Origin: Candidatus Bathyarchaeota archaeon
GTDB taxonomy: Archaea; Thermoproteota; Bathyarchaeia; 40CM-2-53-6; RBG-13-38-9
Length of the DNA: 64,000 nucleotides
Assembly: GCA_963807605.1 (NCBI GenBank)
Contig: CAWECG010000003.1
Coordinates: 224,001-288,000 of the forward strand
Direction: 5' to 3'
Part shown: in pieces, positions 9,761 through 20,286 of the stretch
How the letters are laid out: each line of letters opens with the position of its first letter
Numbering within the stretch: the first letter of the stretch is position 1
The notes under the pieces: generated by a model
What the model was told of the DNA's origin: nothing
Seen by the model: the letters and a program-made list of their open reading frames with translations, nothing else
The model's database searches: none
Translations under genes and position numbers: made by a program

Positions 9761-10669
9761 TTAAGCACAGGACCTAATTGAAACGGCTGGTTCGGATTCA
9801 AGGATGGAAATTAGATGGGTTGAGTCGCAGGATGCTGAGCTGTTATAGGAACTGAATCCCTCTCGACATGATGCAAACTTCATCCTTTTCGCTTCTGCCA
9901 AGTGTTTTACTCGTTTGATCAGTTCAAGTCTGAGTTCCATTCGCATGTAGCGTGCACCGGCTATACTCTCACCCATGGTCCAGTAATTTTTGCGGAGCGA
10001 TTCTTCAAGCTCGGGAAATGCTTTGATGAGGCGTCTGTAGTTGTCAGGCTTCGCTTTGTAGGTTGACGCTGTGACGTGCTTGACACCGATAGCCGCCAGA
10101 GTTTCGACGAGAGAGGAGAGCTGCTCGTCCTCGCTGTTGATGCCGAGTATCATTGGATCTATGCGGACGCTGCACTGGACTCCGGCGTTGATGAGTATCT
10201 CGACTGCCCTCAATCTCTTGTCCGGTGGTGGAGCGGAGGGCTCGAGCCTTTTGGCGATCTCATCATCGAGGGTTGTTATTGTGACGCTGACGGCGGCTGA
10301 GGCTCCCCTGAGGATGTCAAGATCCCTAATGATTAGATCTGATTTTGTTACTAACAGGAATTTTGCAGACCAACCACGTAAGATCTTTAAGGTTGCTCTG
10401 GTGAGGCTGAACTTCCCTTCTAATGCGGAGTAAGGGTCCGAGCTACTCGAGATTATGATAGGGGGGCCTCTATCTACTCTCGGCATCTCCCGACTCAGTC
10501 TTTTGATGAAGTCCTTCTTTGGCCTTGCATTGAACGGATCCGGAATGTATGATGTAATGTAACAATAGAGGCATCTGTGTGAACATCCTGTGTAAGGTGA
10601 GAGGCTGTACTTCTTGGGGCAACTACAGATTTTGCTTGCCCAAGGATCAAAAGGTGTTATTAGCGCCAA
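9761..10669 (-). CDS. Radical SAM protein (SplB/Rv2578c-like)
   Basis: CSHRCLYC (CxxxCxxC), SSSDPY, TKS, LEP.APPP..RL. Confidence 0.85.
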   Translation of the reverse strand: MALITPFDPWASKICSCPKKYSLSPYTGCSHRCLYCYITSYIPDPFNARPKKDFIKRLSREMPRVDRGPPIIISSSSDPYSALEGKFSLTRATLKILRGWSAKFLLVTKSDLIIRDLDILRGASAAVSVTITTLDDEIAKRLEPSAPPPDKRLRAVEILINAGVQCSVRIDPMILGINSEDEQLSSLVETLAAIGVKHVTASTYKAKPDNYRRLIKAFPELEESLRKNYWTMGESIAGARYMRMELRLELIKRVKHLAEAKRMKFASCREGFSSYNSSASCDSTHLISILESEPAVSIRSCA

Positions 10670-10852
10670 TCTCTGGCTTCCGCTACTGCCTCAAAGGCAT
10701 GCGCGCGCGTAGGTAGGGGCCCAACTTCAAGCGATACCTTCTATGTGATCAGCACGTAGTTGCTAACATAATTCTGGAAGGGACACTGTTATCAGGAGAT
10801 CTTGCTGTAGAGATATGTTTTTCTTGGTAAAAGACGGAGACATTACACAAGT

Positions 10853-11332
10853 GTGAATGCTATGTCGTCTTTGGCGCCTCACGTCCCGACCTCTGAAGAT
10901 GTTGTGAGAAAGATGCTTGAGCTGGCTGAGCTGAAGAGTGGGGAACATCTCTATGATCTGGGATCAGGTGATGGCCGGATAATTATTATGGCTGCAAAGG
11001 ACTTCGGGGCAACTGCCGTAGGGGTCGAGTTGAGGGAGGATCTCGTTAAATATACCCGGAATAAGATTGTCGAACTTGGTCTGAACGGTAGGGCGAAGGT
11101 TATTCATGGAGATCTTTTGAAGGCGGATATCAAGGATGCGAACGTTGTCACTCTGTACCTGACTACGAGCGCAAATGAGAAGGTTGCTCCAAAGCTGGAG
11201 AGTGAGCTTAGACCTAGAACACGTGTCGTGTCTTATTGTTTCAGAATGCCAAATTGGGAACCCACAAAGATCATGAATCTTGAAACAAGGACTATCTACC
11301 TGTATACGTTACCCCTGACGAAGAAGGAATAG
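10853..11332 (+). CDS. Class I SAM-dependent methyltransferase (aKMT/FAM173-like)
   Basis: PHVPT, YDLGSGDGRI, GVE, VTLYL motifs. Confidence 0.8.
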   Translation: MNAMSSLAPHVPTSEDVVRKMLELAELKSGEHLYDLGSGDGRIIIMAAKDFGATAVGVELREDLVKYTRNKIVELGLNGRAKVIHGDLLKADIKDANVVTLYLTTSANEKVAPKLESELRPRTRVVSYCFRMPNWEPTKIMNLETRTIYLYTLPLTKKE

Positions 11333-11371
11333 CCCGCTGCCCGACGCGTAGTCCTATTCGGAGGTCCTTTA

Positions 11372-12259
11372 ATGGAAGACAGAAGTTTGGACACTGGACT
11401 TCGGCTGGAAAGAGCCTCAGCTTCAACTTACACTGCTCTAGGGATTATCGAACTGATTGTAGGTCTTTTCGCCCGTAGCATCGCTCTAACGTCTGATGGT
11501 ATAGGTTCGATTGCAGATGCTGCAGTCTCTTTCATAACTTGGTTAGGACTGAAAATGTCAAGAAAAGATCGGGATGACAAGTTTCACTTTGGATACTATA
11601 GGGTTGAGACGTTTTCCTCAATGTTGTCTGCTCTCGTCATGATAGTTATGGGATTCCTAATTCTGTACGGGTCTTATGTCACTCTGATGGGACATGTTCC
11701 GATTAAGGCTACGGCGCCGGCTGCAGCGGTAGCTTTGGTCGCAGCTGTGCCATCATTCTATTTTGGTTATAAGAAACGCCGAATTGGCAGCTCAACGAAA
11801 TGGGCCTCTATTTCACTGGATTCGTACAACTCTATCATTGGCGGCATCGCGTCAGTCATCGCCTTTGTTGGTATTCTGCTCTCGGGTTTTGGATTCTATG
11901 GAGGCGATGCAGTGGCGGGAATTCTCATAGCCGGTTTGATTTTCATCACCGCCTACTCTGCATTCAAGGAGGGCTCGCTATCTCTGATGGACGCATGCAT
12001 GTGCCCAGATGTCTTGGAAGTAGCTCACAATATAGTCAAAAGTGTCGAAGGCGTTGAGGGAATCCACGATATCCGCCTGAGACGCGCTGGTCCTTACCTC
12101 ACCGGGGAAGTTCACGCAGTAGTTGATGGAAACATTACTGTTAGTCGTGGTGACGAAATCGCGGCCCAAGTCGAGACGAGTCTAAAGAAGGCGCTTGGGG
12201 AGATCCAGATGATAACAGTGAAGGTCGAACCGAAGAAGGCGGAGGCACAAACCCAGTAA
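11372..12259 (+). CDS. Cation diffusion facilitator transporter
   Basis: SIALTSD, DDKFHFGYYRVE, C-terminal dimerisation domain (IRLRRAG, VEP). Confidence 0.88.
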   Translation: MEDRSLDTGLRLERASASTYTALGIIELIVGLFARSIALTSDGIGSIADAAVSFITWLGLKMSRKDRDDKFHFGYYRVETFSSMLSALVMIVMGFLILYGSYVTLMGHVPIKATAPAAAVALVAAVPSFYFGYKKRRIGSSTKWASISLDSYNSIIGGIASVIAFVGILLSGFGFYGGDAVAGILIAGLIFITAYSAFKEGSLSLMDACMCPDVLEVAHNIVKSVEGVEGIHDIRLRRAGPYLTGEVHAVVDGNITVSRGDEIAAQVETSLKKALGEIQMITVKVEPKKAEAQTQ

Positions 12260-12369
12260 CGACCCTAATCAAGACAGTATTTCGAACTCTCTACAACGAT
12301 GTTTTCGGTCTCAGAGCCCGCTTCACACATTGGCAAATGGCAGCGTATGTTTTTGATTCATTAGAGTAT

Positions 12370-13440
12370 TCAGATATGATTCCACAGAAATCGCCCATTC
12401 TTCTGGACAACTGTTCCATCAACAACTATCCTGCCCGGCTTCATCGTTTTTATCATGTCCCAGTGGATTGCGCTCCTGTTTCTCCCACGGCACTCCTTAT
12501 AGGCGCGTCCAATTGCCAGATGTATGGTTCCGCCGATCTTCTCGTCCAAAAGAATGTTTCGTGTGAATCGTCGGATATTCATGTTTGTACCAATGCCGAA
12601 CTCACCGATCTTCCTTGATCCGGGATCTGTTTTGATCATGATCTCAAGGAGATCTTGATTCTTCGAGGCCTTGGCGGATACTATTCTTCCGCGAGCCAGT
12701 TCCAGCTCGATGTCGCGTACTTCTTTGCCGGACTGTATTGCAGGCAGATCGAAGTATATGTAACCGTTGACGGAGTTCTCGACCGGAGCTGTAAAGATCT
12801 CTCCACCCGGAAGGTTGTGTTCGCCATTGTCTTGAATGAAGATTTTGCCTTTAACCGACATAGTAAGATCTGTGCGGTTACCCTCAAGCCTGACCTCATC
12901 TGCCCTCTCTAGGAATCTCTTCAATCGAGCGTTCTTGAGAGCTTCTTTCTTCCAGTCGAGTAGAGTTGCGGAATAGACGAAGCCTCTGTATTCATTTAGA
13001 GAGAGTTCAGCCTCCTGAGCGTAGGCCGTGGTAGGGTGTTGGGTCAGGCACCATCTCTTGGTCATCCTCTCCTCCTGTATTCTCTCTAGAACGGTTGATC
13101 TGAGACTAACCTTTGATGGGTCGACGCTTGAAAGTGCACGTGTGTTAGATTCGCTTCTGATCGATATGAAAACATCTGAGGCTTTGACGAGTTGGTATAG
13201 GTGATCGGGAAACATTTTCAGAAACCTCTTCGGTGTGACTTGGTAGTACGCCTCAGCCACCTCTGTCGGTGACATGATGATCAAGCAGGATGCGCCCAAA
13301 GCAGAAACCTGTTTATGAATCTCGACAGCGAGCTCCATTCCAAGGTCGCTAACCTGGATCAGGACATTATCTCCTCTCCTGACTCGCGTTGAGTAATCAA
13401 CGATTATCTTTGCATGTTCGACAATCCTCGGATCCACCAT
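12370..13440 (-). CDS. M29 thermophilic aminopeptidase
   Basis: NLPGGEIFTAP, GEFGIG, LDEKIGGTIHLAIG, SAIHWD. Confidence 0.92.
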   Translation of the reverse strand: MVDPRIVEHAKIIVDYSTRVRRGDNVLIQVSDLGMELAVEIHKQVSALGASCLIIMSPTEVAEAYYQVTPKRFLKMFPDHLYQLVKASDVFISIRSESNTRALSSVDPSKVSLRSTVLERIQEERMTKRWCLTQHPTTAYAQEAELSLNEYRGFVYSATLLDWKKEALKNARLKRFLERADEVRLEGNRTDLTMSVKGKIFIQDNGEHNLPGGEIFTAPVENSVNGYIYFDLPAIQSGKEVRDIELELARGRIVSAKASKNQDLLEIMIKTDPGSRKIGEFGIGTNMNIRRFTRNILLDEKIGGTIHLAIGRAYKECRGRNRSAIHWDMIKTMKPGRIVVDGTVVQKNGRFLWNHI

Positions 13441-13572
13441 TCTGTCACCTAATCTGGTTGGTCTATCTCAGCGGACCGCTTTGAAAAACGTAGTGTAAGA
13501 ATGTCGGATCTGATAATCTGCAAAACTGTTTAAAACAGTTAGACTTGAACTGTTTAGATCAAGTGAAACATT

Positions 13573-13830
13573 ATGGGCACCAGGAGTCTGGTCACAGCAG
13601 TTCTCTTCGGGATAGCCATAACCATCTTAACTGGTTTGATCTACCAAGCGCCCCCAATGCTGCTTGGGGCATCTCATTACGGCTACCCCTTTGCATGGCT
13701 CACTAGACTTATAATCGCCCCGGAATACTTCCCCTGGCGCGTAAGAATCCCAGGACTTATCGGCGACATAATCGCCTGGTCAATAATAGTCGGCCTAATC
13801 TTGCTAGTCTTAAAGAGAACTAGGAAATAG
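13573..13830 (+). CDS. Small membrane protein
   Basis: Two hydrophobic helices, YGYPFAW. Confidence 0.65.
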   Translation: MGTRSLVTAVLFGIAITILTGLIYQAPPMLLGASHYGYPFAWLTRLIIAPEYFPWRVRIPGLIGDIIAWSIIVGLILLVLKRTRK

Positions 13831-13947
13831 ATCAACATTCAACTCAAGACTCCGGAAACAATTTGAAGACTGAATACCCATGCACTCCTGAACATCCCTC
13901 GATGAATCGTTAATCAATCAATCTAAAGCGGGGCCGGTAGATTACGA

Positions 13948-14361
13948 ATGGTTCTCAATGCATGGACTGCGGTCGAGATAGTAATCGCAGCTGTAATCAT
14001 CCTACTTTTTCTTCTCTGGGTGAGCACGGCCTTCGCACGGCGGATCCGCTCTGGCCGTTACTGGGCAGCCATTTGGATTCCCATGGGCTGGCTTGCGTCA
14101 TTGGCCCTAGTGGAGTACTTTGTTAACCTGCCTGCAGGATATCCACAGTTGCATTTCACATACTGGCAGGAATACAGGCTGCTATGGATCTTCGGGTTCG
14201 GAATGATGATGCTAGGATTCCTACCTCAGCTGAGACCTCGGAACGGAAAAGACGGATTAAATCTCCTCATATTCAGCCTATCCTGGACGGGCTTTATGCT
14301 CTTGATCAACCTCTTCTGGGTCTACTTGATACTCTTCATGTCATCTGTCAGTCCGAGCTAG
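13948..14361 (+). CDS. Hypothetical 4-TM membrane protein
   Basis: Four hydrophobic segments. Confidence 0.6.
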   Translation: MVLNAWTAVEIVIAAVIILLFLLWVSTAFARRIRSGRYWAAIWIPMGWLASLALVEYFVNLPAGYPQLHFTYWQEYRLLWIFGFGMMMLGFLPQLRPRNGKDGLNLLIFSLSWTGFMLLINLFWVYLILFMSSVSPS

Positions 14362-14409
14362 GAGAATCGATTGCCATTGACTAATTAGCCGGAGTCTACA
14401 GTCCCGTAC

Positions 14410-15210
14410 TTACCTCTTCTTAGCCTTTTGCTTAGCCTTTTCCTTAGCCTTTCGGCCTGCAACGATCTTCTTTGACCTTGAGCGGCGTACTACAAGTCCC
14501 GACAGTCCGATCAAGGCCACAAGCATGATCACTGCTATTGGGATAGCATAGTTTTGGGTAGACGTAGATCTATTCTGCGAGGTCATTGAAGCGGTGGTTG
14601 TTGGCGGCGCCGTACTCTGAGGCTGGGTTTGGGTGGACGGTGTTTCAGTTGGCGAGGTCTGAGTGGCAGTGGGAGAGGGCGATGGGAACATTATCTTTAC
14701 TGCTCCTTGACGTGGTTCATAGTCAAGCCAGACCATTGATTTGCTCTGTCCGGTTGTGCCTTGGCCGGTCTCGGCAAGGGCGTAGAATGCGTATCTGTCT
14801 CCCATCATAGCGAGAGTCAAACCTCCAATCTTGAGTGTGGATCCATTAATTGTGTATTGAAGGGCTGTGACCTTGTAAGTTGCTGAATCGAAGAAATAGA
14901 CTCCATATTTCTGTTCGAAGGTTCCTAGGACGATGCTAGCGAAGCTCTGGTTCTCGCCGTAGGCGAAGAACTCAATTCCGTAGACATATTTTGATTTGAA
15001 GTTGCCGGCTATTGTATACGTTATGACGAATGATTGGTTCTCTAGGAGTTTAAAGTCCACTTCCAGAATGTTAGCATTGGGATCGGCGGCATTCCCCTTT
15101 TGTCCAATTATCTTCGTCTGTTCTTGGCAGTAGACGTAGCCAGTGACTATCACACTGACTAGAAGCAGAGACAAGCTTGCCAAACAGACTATGCGGCGCA
15201 ATGGAGTCAC
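14410..15210 (-). CDS. Secreted/surface protein with S/T/P-rich linker and C-terminal TM anchor
   Basis: Signal peptide, beta-rich domain, PSPSPTATQT linker, TM helix and basic tail. Confidence 0.7.
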   Translation of the reverse strand: MTPLRRIVCLASLSLLLVSVIVTGYVYCQEQTKIIGQKGNAADPNANILEVDFKLLENQSFVITYTIAGNFKSKYVYGIEFFAYGENQSFASIVLGTFEQKYGVYFFDSATYKVTALQYTINGSTLKIGGLTLAMMGDRYAFYALAETGQGTTGQSKSMVWLDYEPRQGAVKIMFPSPSPTATQTSPTETPSTQTQPQSTAPPTTTASMTSQNRSTSTQNYAIPIAVIMLVALIGLSGLVVRRSRSKKIVAGRKAKEKAKQKAKKR

Positions 15211-15261
15211 GGCATTAAGGCATCCGAGGTGCCCGATTTATGTTTGCTGTTCTGGGTTCTG

Positions 15262-17625
15262 TCATCTGCACGACCTCCTAGATTCACTGTTTCTGTTCAG
15301 GACAAGAGTGTATTGCGTGTATGCAGAATTAGTCTCTAATTCTAAGAGATTGAGAAGATCTCGGTGATCCTTCGGTGAATGAAACGTTAGGTTTACTGAA
15401 TCCGAATGGCGGAAGCATAGTCTCGACGGCTGAGAGAAGAAATCGACGTAGGCTTCAGAATCATACGTTTGACAGCCCATGCATAATTCCAATGGTAAGG
15501 CACGTCTGTTTGAAACTTTGCTTCTGTTATTTGTTATTATGTAGTTGACGGATTCGCCTGCATTTGGTGCAGCTCCTTCTTGCACTAGATGTTTGGCGGC
15601 TACTGCTTGGAGAACATCGTGCCTGTACTCATCCAAGCCTTGAGAGAGCCGTTTCCGAATAGCTAATTCCTCTAAGGGCACGTTTCCAGATCGCAAGGTA
15701 CTAACGAATCTGTTCACGATGTCATGAGCGGACGGCAGTTTCTCATAGAAATCCCTGGTGTCTTCAGCATCGGAGAGCATATTCATGATCTCTTGTATAC
15801 ATTGGTCGATGATTGGAGGTGTGTCCTGTCTTCTCGTGGCGATGCCACGATCCTTGATCTTTCCGTCTCTAAAGACGCCGTAGTATCGATTGAGCACTGG
15901 GATGTTCCTATGAGTCTTTGAAGACGGGAAAACGATCCATCGATAGATTCCCTCAAACGATATGGGAAGATGTGACGTTTCTTCGATCTCAGCTTGAAGT
16001 CTTCGATAGTCTTCCTCGGTTGCACCTTCCTTCTTCAGCCATAATGAGTCGACGATTCCGTGTATCAGCCTGAATCCCTTCGCCTCTGCAAGATGAGCTG
16101 CATCTTTCAGTATTCGTCGGGCAAATGCACAGGTGGCTATGTGAGCGTCGATCCTGCCGAAACGAGCGTTCTTGAATCCCAAGTATCCGAATGCGCAGAC
16201 CAGTATCCACTTCAATGCTGCCTGACGCATCTCATAGATTCCACGTAGGGCAGGGTCGGTTGTGGTCTGCTTCAACCTCTTGTATAGTCGTCTCTTCTGT
16301 AGAAGATGTTGAAGGCTTCTTGGAACGATTCCTAATCGTTTCTCGCAGATATTGTAGTCTAGTTCAGGTACACGATTCTTGGAGTCCGGACAGCATTTAC
16401 ATCGAACTGTCTCGCCGCTCAGATTCTTGGTGAGCATAATCATAGGATAGAGGGATGTGAAGTCTAGCTCACCGACTGATTCGTGTAAACCGATCGTGGA
16501 CTCGTAATAGAATCCCCCCCGGTCAGCAATGAGGAGCTCGCTGGCGGTCTTCAATTCCTCAGCGTTTGTCTTTCTCCACGGGATTAATACGCCTATACGG
16601 GTTGCTTCGTAGAGTTGTGCAGAGGTCATGCTGGTTCCAATCGTCGTATTGATTACACGTTGAAGCGGCATTCTGCATAGCCGAGCTACCTCAATTGAAC
16701 CCGGCAGCCTACAATCTCTGTAGAGCATCGAGTCCTCACAGTCAATGTGGATCCGCCCAAGTAACCGGGTCGGCGTCGCCCTGTAGTGAACTCTCCCGTA
16801 ACTCGTATAACTTTGACCACTTTCAGTAGAGGCTCTAAGTGAAGAAGGCTCGCGGCTAAGAACAAACCGATTCGCGATATCATTCACCGATGCTCTGTGA
16901 GTAAGATAGGGGAAAAGGAAGCTGTCACCACCGGTCGTGTAGATTACATCTGGATCAAGCACTCTCAGAGTCTCGACAAGCCAGAGAAGTTTCTGTCGCT
17001 CATCACATCCTTCAGAGTGATGAACCTGATCTCTTGAGGTTAGTGTAATCGCTTCAATCGCGTCAGCTTTACCCGGTAACCTCCCCTTCTTCTGGATGTT
17101 TATCGACAAGGTAATTTCTCGAAGTGGTGGGGTATCATAATCAGTTGATTCCAAGTCATCAAGCAGTTCCCAACCGATGTTTTCACGGTTAGTTGTTGCC
17201 TTAACATATGCGAACGGAAAGATTCCCTTCTCATACATGTAGAGTTGACTTGGCTTCACATCCACATTGTAAAGTTCATACCTTTTGTGGCAGCCGAAGA
17301 CCAGTATTCTTTCAGCCAATCGTTCAGCTTCACTGACATTTTTGACTGGAATCTTAAGAACTGTGGAGGGGCCCTCGTCTTCAGGTTTGACGAGTCTCTC
17401 CTCGAAACTCATTCCCTCAATACGTAGTTTGTTGGTGAGGCTGACGATATCCCTGAAATCGCCGGCGACGTAGAAGCATTGCTGCCAGCTATCAACTAAT
17501 CGAATTGCTCGGTTGTCTTTAGTCTTTAGCCAGATAGCTATGCAGCCATCTTTAGGATATAGGTCAAGTATCCACCCTTCAAGGCGGCTGGTTAAATTTT
17601 TCGAGGAGACCATGGATCTGGTCAA
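15262..17625 (-). CDS. polB2: Archaeal family B DNA polymerase, PolB2 group (probable frameshift near the C-terminus)
   Basis: ELDFTSLYP, KWILVCAFGYLG and the HGIVDSLW variant of YGDTDS typical of PolB2; degenerate exonuclease domain. Confidence 0.9.
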   Translation of the reverse strand: MTRSMVSSKNLTSRLEGWILDLYPKDGCIAIWLKTKDNRAIRLVDSWQQCFYVAGDFRDIVSLTNKLRIEGMSFEERLVKPEDEGPSTVLKIPVKNVSEAERLAERILVFGCHKRYELYNVDVKPSQLYMYEKGIFPFAYVKATTNRENIGWELLDDLESTDYDTPPLREITLSINIQKKGRLPGKADAIEAITLTSRDQVHHSEGCDERQKLLWLVETLRVLDPDVIYTTGGDSFLFPYLTHRASVNDIANRFVLSREPSSLRASTESGQSYTSYGRVHYRATPTRLLGRIHIDCEDSMLYRDCRLPGSIEVARLCRMPLQRVINTTIGTSMTSAQLYEATRIGVLIPWRKTNAEELKTASELLIADRGGFYYESTIGLHESVGELDFTSLYPMIMLTKNLSGETVRCKCCPDSKNRVPELDYNICEKRLGIVPRSLQHLLQKRRLYKRLKQTTTDPALRGIYEMRQAALKWILVCAFGYLGFKNARFGRIDAHIATCAFARRILKDAAHLAEAKGFRLIHGIVDSLWLKKEGATEEDYRRLQAEIEETSHLPISFEGIYRWIVFPSSKTHRNIPVLNRYYGVFRDGKIKDRGIATRRQDTPPIIDQCIQEIMNMLSDAEDTRDFYEKLPSAHDIVNRFVSTLRSGNVPLEELAIRKRLSQGLDEYRHDVLQAVAAKHLVQEGAAPNAGESVNYIITNNRSKVSNRRALPLELCMGCQTYDSEAYVDFFSQPSRLCFRHSDSVNLTFHSPKDHRDLLNLLELETNSAYTQYTLVLNRNSESRRSCR

Positions 17626-17860
17626 TCTTGTCGTAGAGCTCCTTCAAACGCTTGTGCTGTGAGAATAGAACTGAGAGGAACATGCCCTCTGTCTTGACTG
17701 GAAACGTGGCGGCTCCGGCAGCGGAAGCGTATCGTCGGCACTCATCCATCAGATCTTCGAAGATAGCGCGTTCATCGATGCGCAACGCCTCTTGGAACTT
17801 CTTCCAACGTTTGAACTCTTCTTCTAGCAGCATCCGCCATGAAGGAATGGTCCTACCCAT
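17579..17860 (-). CDS. PolB2-associated small protein (arCOG07300-like)
   Basis: MGRTIPSWRM..EEE..RW..F..ALR..ERAIFE.L; ATG overlaps the stop of the RadA-like gene. Confidence 0.8.
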   Translation of the reverse strand: MGRTIPSWRMLLEEEFKRWKKFQEALRIDERAIFEDLMDECRRYASAAGAATFPVKTEGMFLSVLFSQHKRLKELYDKIDQIHGLLEKFNQPP

Positions 17861-18956
17861 TGGTATCCGACTCCAAGAACTCCTCCAGTACCTTAGGCGC
17901 CGGCTGTTTGATGAGGAGGCGTTCTCCTGAACGTGTCGGATGCTTTTCAAGAACGACCCTTGTCGAGTGGCCTCGTTCCTCAAATCTTAAGACAATGTTG
18001 ACTCTTTGTTTGACCACATGTAGGAAAGAATCTGATGTTTTCTCATTGAAGCTTGTTGCTAAGACTATAGATCTTTCCAGTCTAGCTGTGGCCACTAATG
18101 AATTGAGTGCAGTCTTGAGTAGGCAGAGGCTCTCGTCGGAGCGCACATCAGGGTCACGATATAGTTTGACCATATCAGAAGCGATGATAAATTTGATCCC
18201 TAGTTTAGGGACTGCTTCAGGCAACATTTGAGCGATAAGTGAGGTTAACTGGTGACAAGTGAATGCACGTGAAACAAATATGTGATCCAGAACTAGGTCT
18301 TGATCTAGTGAGAACCGTTCCGCATACTCCGCTGCGAGATGAGGATCGAAGGTGTTTCCTCCATCGATAAAAATGGCTTTGGAGTCGAGTCCATCATAGC
18401 GAGGGCCAAGCTGCGTTCTGACGCACAGGAGTAAGGAGGCAGCCAGACACTGCCATGAGCCGTAGAGAAACACCACATGTCCAAGGCGTAGCCCTCCTAG
18501 GAATCGGTCGAGTCTAGGATCGCCAAACAATAGAGAAGGTTCAACCTGGAGCTCACTCGCTTTGCGAAAGGTCACTGGAAACTTAAGCTTGGGGAGAGAA
18601 TATTCAACGGTAAGCAGGTCAGCGAATTGAGGATCATCCGACTCAACCTGGCACCATCCAATATTATTCAAGAGGTTCGCTCTGCATGTTGGACAGGTTG
18701 AATTTAGTGACAATCGGATCCTGACAGGATCCACCGAGCTCAGTGATCTTAGAAGGCATGAGCCACATTCATTGCAGACGTATTGATAGAGAATCAAGAT
18801 CTTCAGCCCTATTAACCGTGAACGGGGAGGTTTTCGGCCTCCAGAGTTAGGCGCAGCGCTAGATACGCTTGTAAAAGCGGGAGGATAATCTCCCGCTGAT
18901 GAAAGAGCGACAGACACTTCTGCATAGACATCCCCAAAGAACAGAGGCGCCTTCAA
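17853..18956 (-). CDS. Inactivated RadA/Rad51-like protein with N-terminal Zn ribbon (start uncertain, probably near 18800)
   Basis: LDRFLGGL, FIDGGNTFDP, LDHIFVSRAFTCHQL; Walker A degenerate; CNEC...CPTC. Confidence 0.8.
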   Translation of the reverse strand: MKAPLFFGDVYAEVSVALSSAGDYPPAFTSVSSAAPNSGGRKPPRSRLIGLKILILYQYVCNECGSCLLRSLSSVDPVRIRLSLNSTCPTCRANLLNNIGWCQVESDDPQFADLLTVEYSLPKLKFPVTFRKASELQVEPSLLFGDPRLDRFLGGLRLGHVVFLYGSWQCLAASLLLCVRTQLGPRYDGLDSKAIFIDGGNTFDPHLAAEYAERFSLDQDLVLDHIFVSRAFTCHQLTSLIAQMLPEAVPKLGIKFIIASDMVKLYRDPDVRSDESLCLLKTALNSLVATARLERSIVLATSFNEKTSDSFLHVVKQRVNIVLRFEERGHSTRVVLEKHPTRSGERLLIKQPAPKVLEEFLESDTNG

Positions 18957-19053
18957 ACTAAAACGAGAGAGATCTGCAAAACTATTCAGCCAAATTCTTC
19001 CTACCCGCTTGACGATATCAACGCTTAAGTTTCCGCAGACAAATTTTTGATCG

Positions 19054-20244
19054 TTGTTCTGTATGCCACAGATTTTGTTTGGAACGTGTGGTTGGAGCTA
19101 TGCAGAATGGGAGGGCATCCTTTATCCGCATAAGCAGAGCAAGCTCAAGCAATACTCCTCGATATTCCCAACTGTAGAGATCGACTCCACATTCTACTCC
19201 CTTCCGAGAGATGGCATCGTTCTAGGCTGGGTTAGGTATACACCTCCGAGTTTCGTATTCTCAGCAAAACTCTCCCAGACCATAACCCACAAGAAGGCAC
19301 TTGACACCGCACGAGGAATCGAACCAGATCTGGATCAATTCTTGGAGACTATGGGCCCAGCCATCGAGGCAGGAAAGCTGACCTGTGTCCTCGTTCAACT
19401 TCCACCATTCTTGAGGTTCAACGCACAGAGGCTCGAGGCATTTCTAAATCTGTTGCCTGACCGACCAAGTTTCGCAGTTGAGTTCAGACACCAATCTTGG
19501 CTGCGCGACGAGACCTTCAAGCTCCTAGAGAGATACAAAACGGCCTACACCATTGTTGATGAACCTGCACTTCCTCCAGAAATCCATGTGACATCAAATC
19601 TTGCATACGTACGGTGGCATGGCAGAGGCAACAGACCCTGGTTCAACTATAGATACTCAAAGGAACAACTGCAAGAATGGGTTCCAAAAATCAAAGAGGT
19701 AACTGAAAAGACAGAGCGGATTCTAGGTTATTTCAATAACCATTTTCACGGATACGCTCCTGAGAACTGTCTGCAGATTATGCAGATGCTCGACATTCAG
19801 ACGCCAAGGGGATCCGAAGCTCTCAACAAAATAACTTCACACAAAGAGGACAGAGAACCTGCAAAAACCAGCCTTGAGGCATGGACAGGACCGGTCGCTG
19901 AGAGGACAGTCGAGAAGCTGCTCCTGAAGTTTACAGAGGCAGATATCATCAAGAACGCCCGAGCTATACCCGATAAGGATCTGTCTCTTCGCCAGGATAA
20001 CAAGCGAGGTTTAGCAGCCTACATCGGACAAACAAACGTGACCATAGATCTTGAAGAGCACACAATTATCCACCGCTGCCCATTTTTTTTCAAAAGCAGT
20101 TCTCAAAAACGCTTCTGCCCGCACATAGCTAAACTGTTCTTAGCTATCAGCCCCGAGAGGGCCAGAACTGTCTTATCACTTATCAAATCGAACGTAGAAA
20201 GTTGGAAGTTTGAGTCCAAATTCTCGGTTGAGTTTCCAAAATAG
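19054..20244 (+). CDS. DUF72 (YecE-like) protein with C-terminal SWIM-like zinc finger
   Basis: GTCGWSY, VEIDSTFY, QLPP, AVEFRH.SW, YVRWHGR, YFNNH; C-terminal HRCP...FCPH. Confidence 0.85.
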   Translation: MFCMPQILFGTCGWSYAEWEGILYPHKQSKLKQYSSIFPTVEIDSTFYSLPRDGIVLGWVRYTPPSFVFSAKLSQTITHKKALDTARGIEPDLDQFLETMGPAIEAGKLTCVLVQLPPFLRFNAQRLEAFLNLLPDRPSFAVEFRHQSWLRDETFKLLERYKTAYTIVDEPALPPEIHVTSNLAYVRWHGRGNRPWFNYRYSKEQLQEWVPKIKEVTEKTERILGYFNNHFHGYAPENCLQIMQMLDIQTPRGSEALNKITSHKEDREPAKTSLEAWTGPVAERTVEKLLLKFTEADIIKNARAIPDKDLSLRQDNKRGLAAYIGQTNVTIDLEEHTIIHRCPFFFKSSSQKRFCPHIAKLFLAISPERARTVLSLIKSNVESWKFESKFSVEFPK

Positions 20245-20286
20245 GAGCACGCTTGATTCAACTGTTGCTTGAATTTGCGTTGTGTG

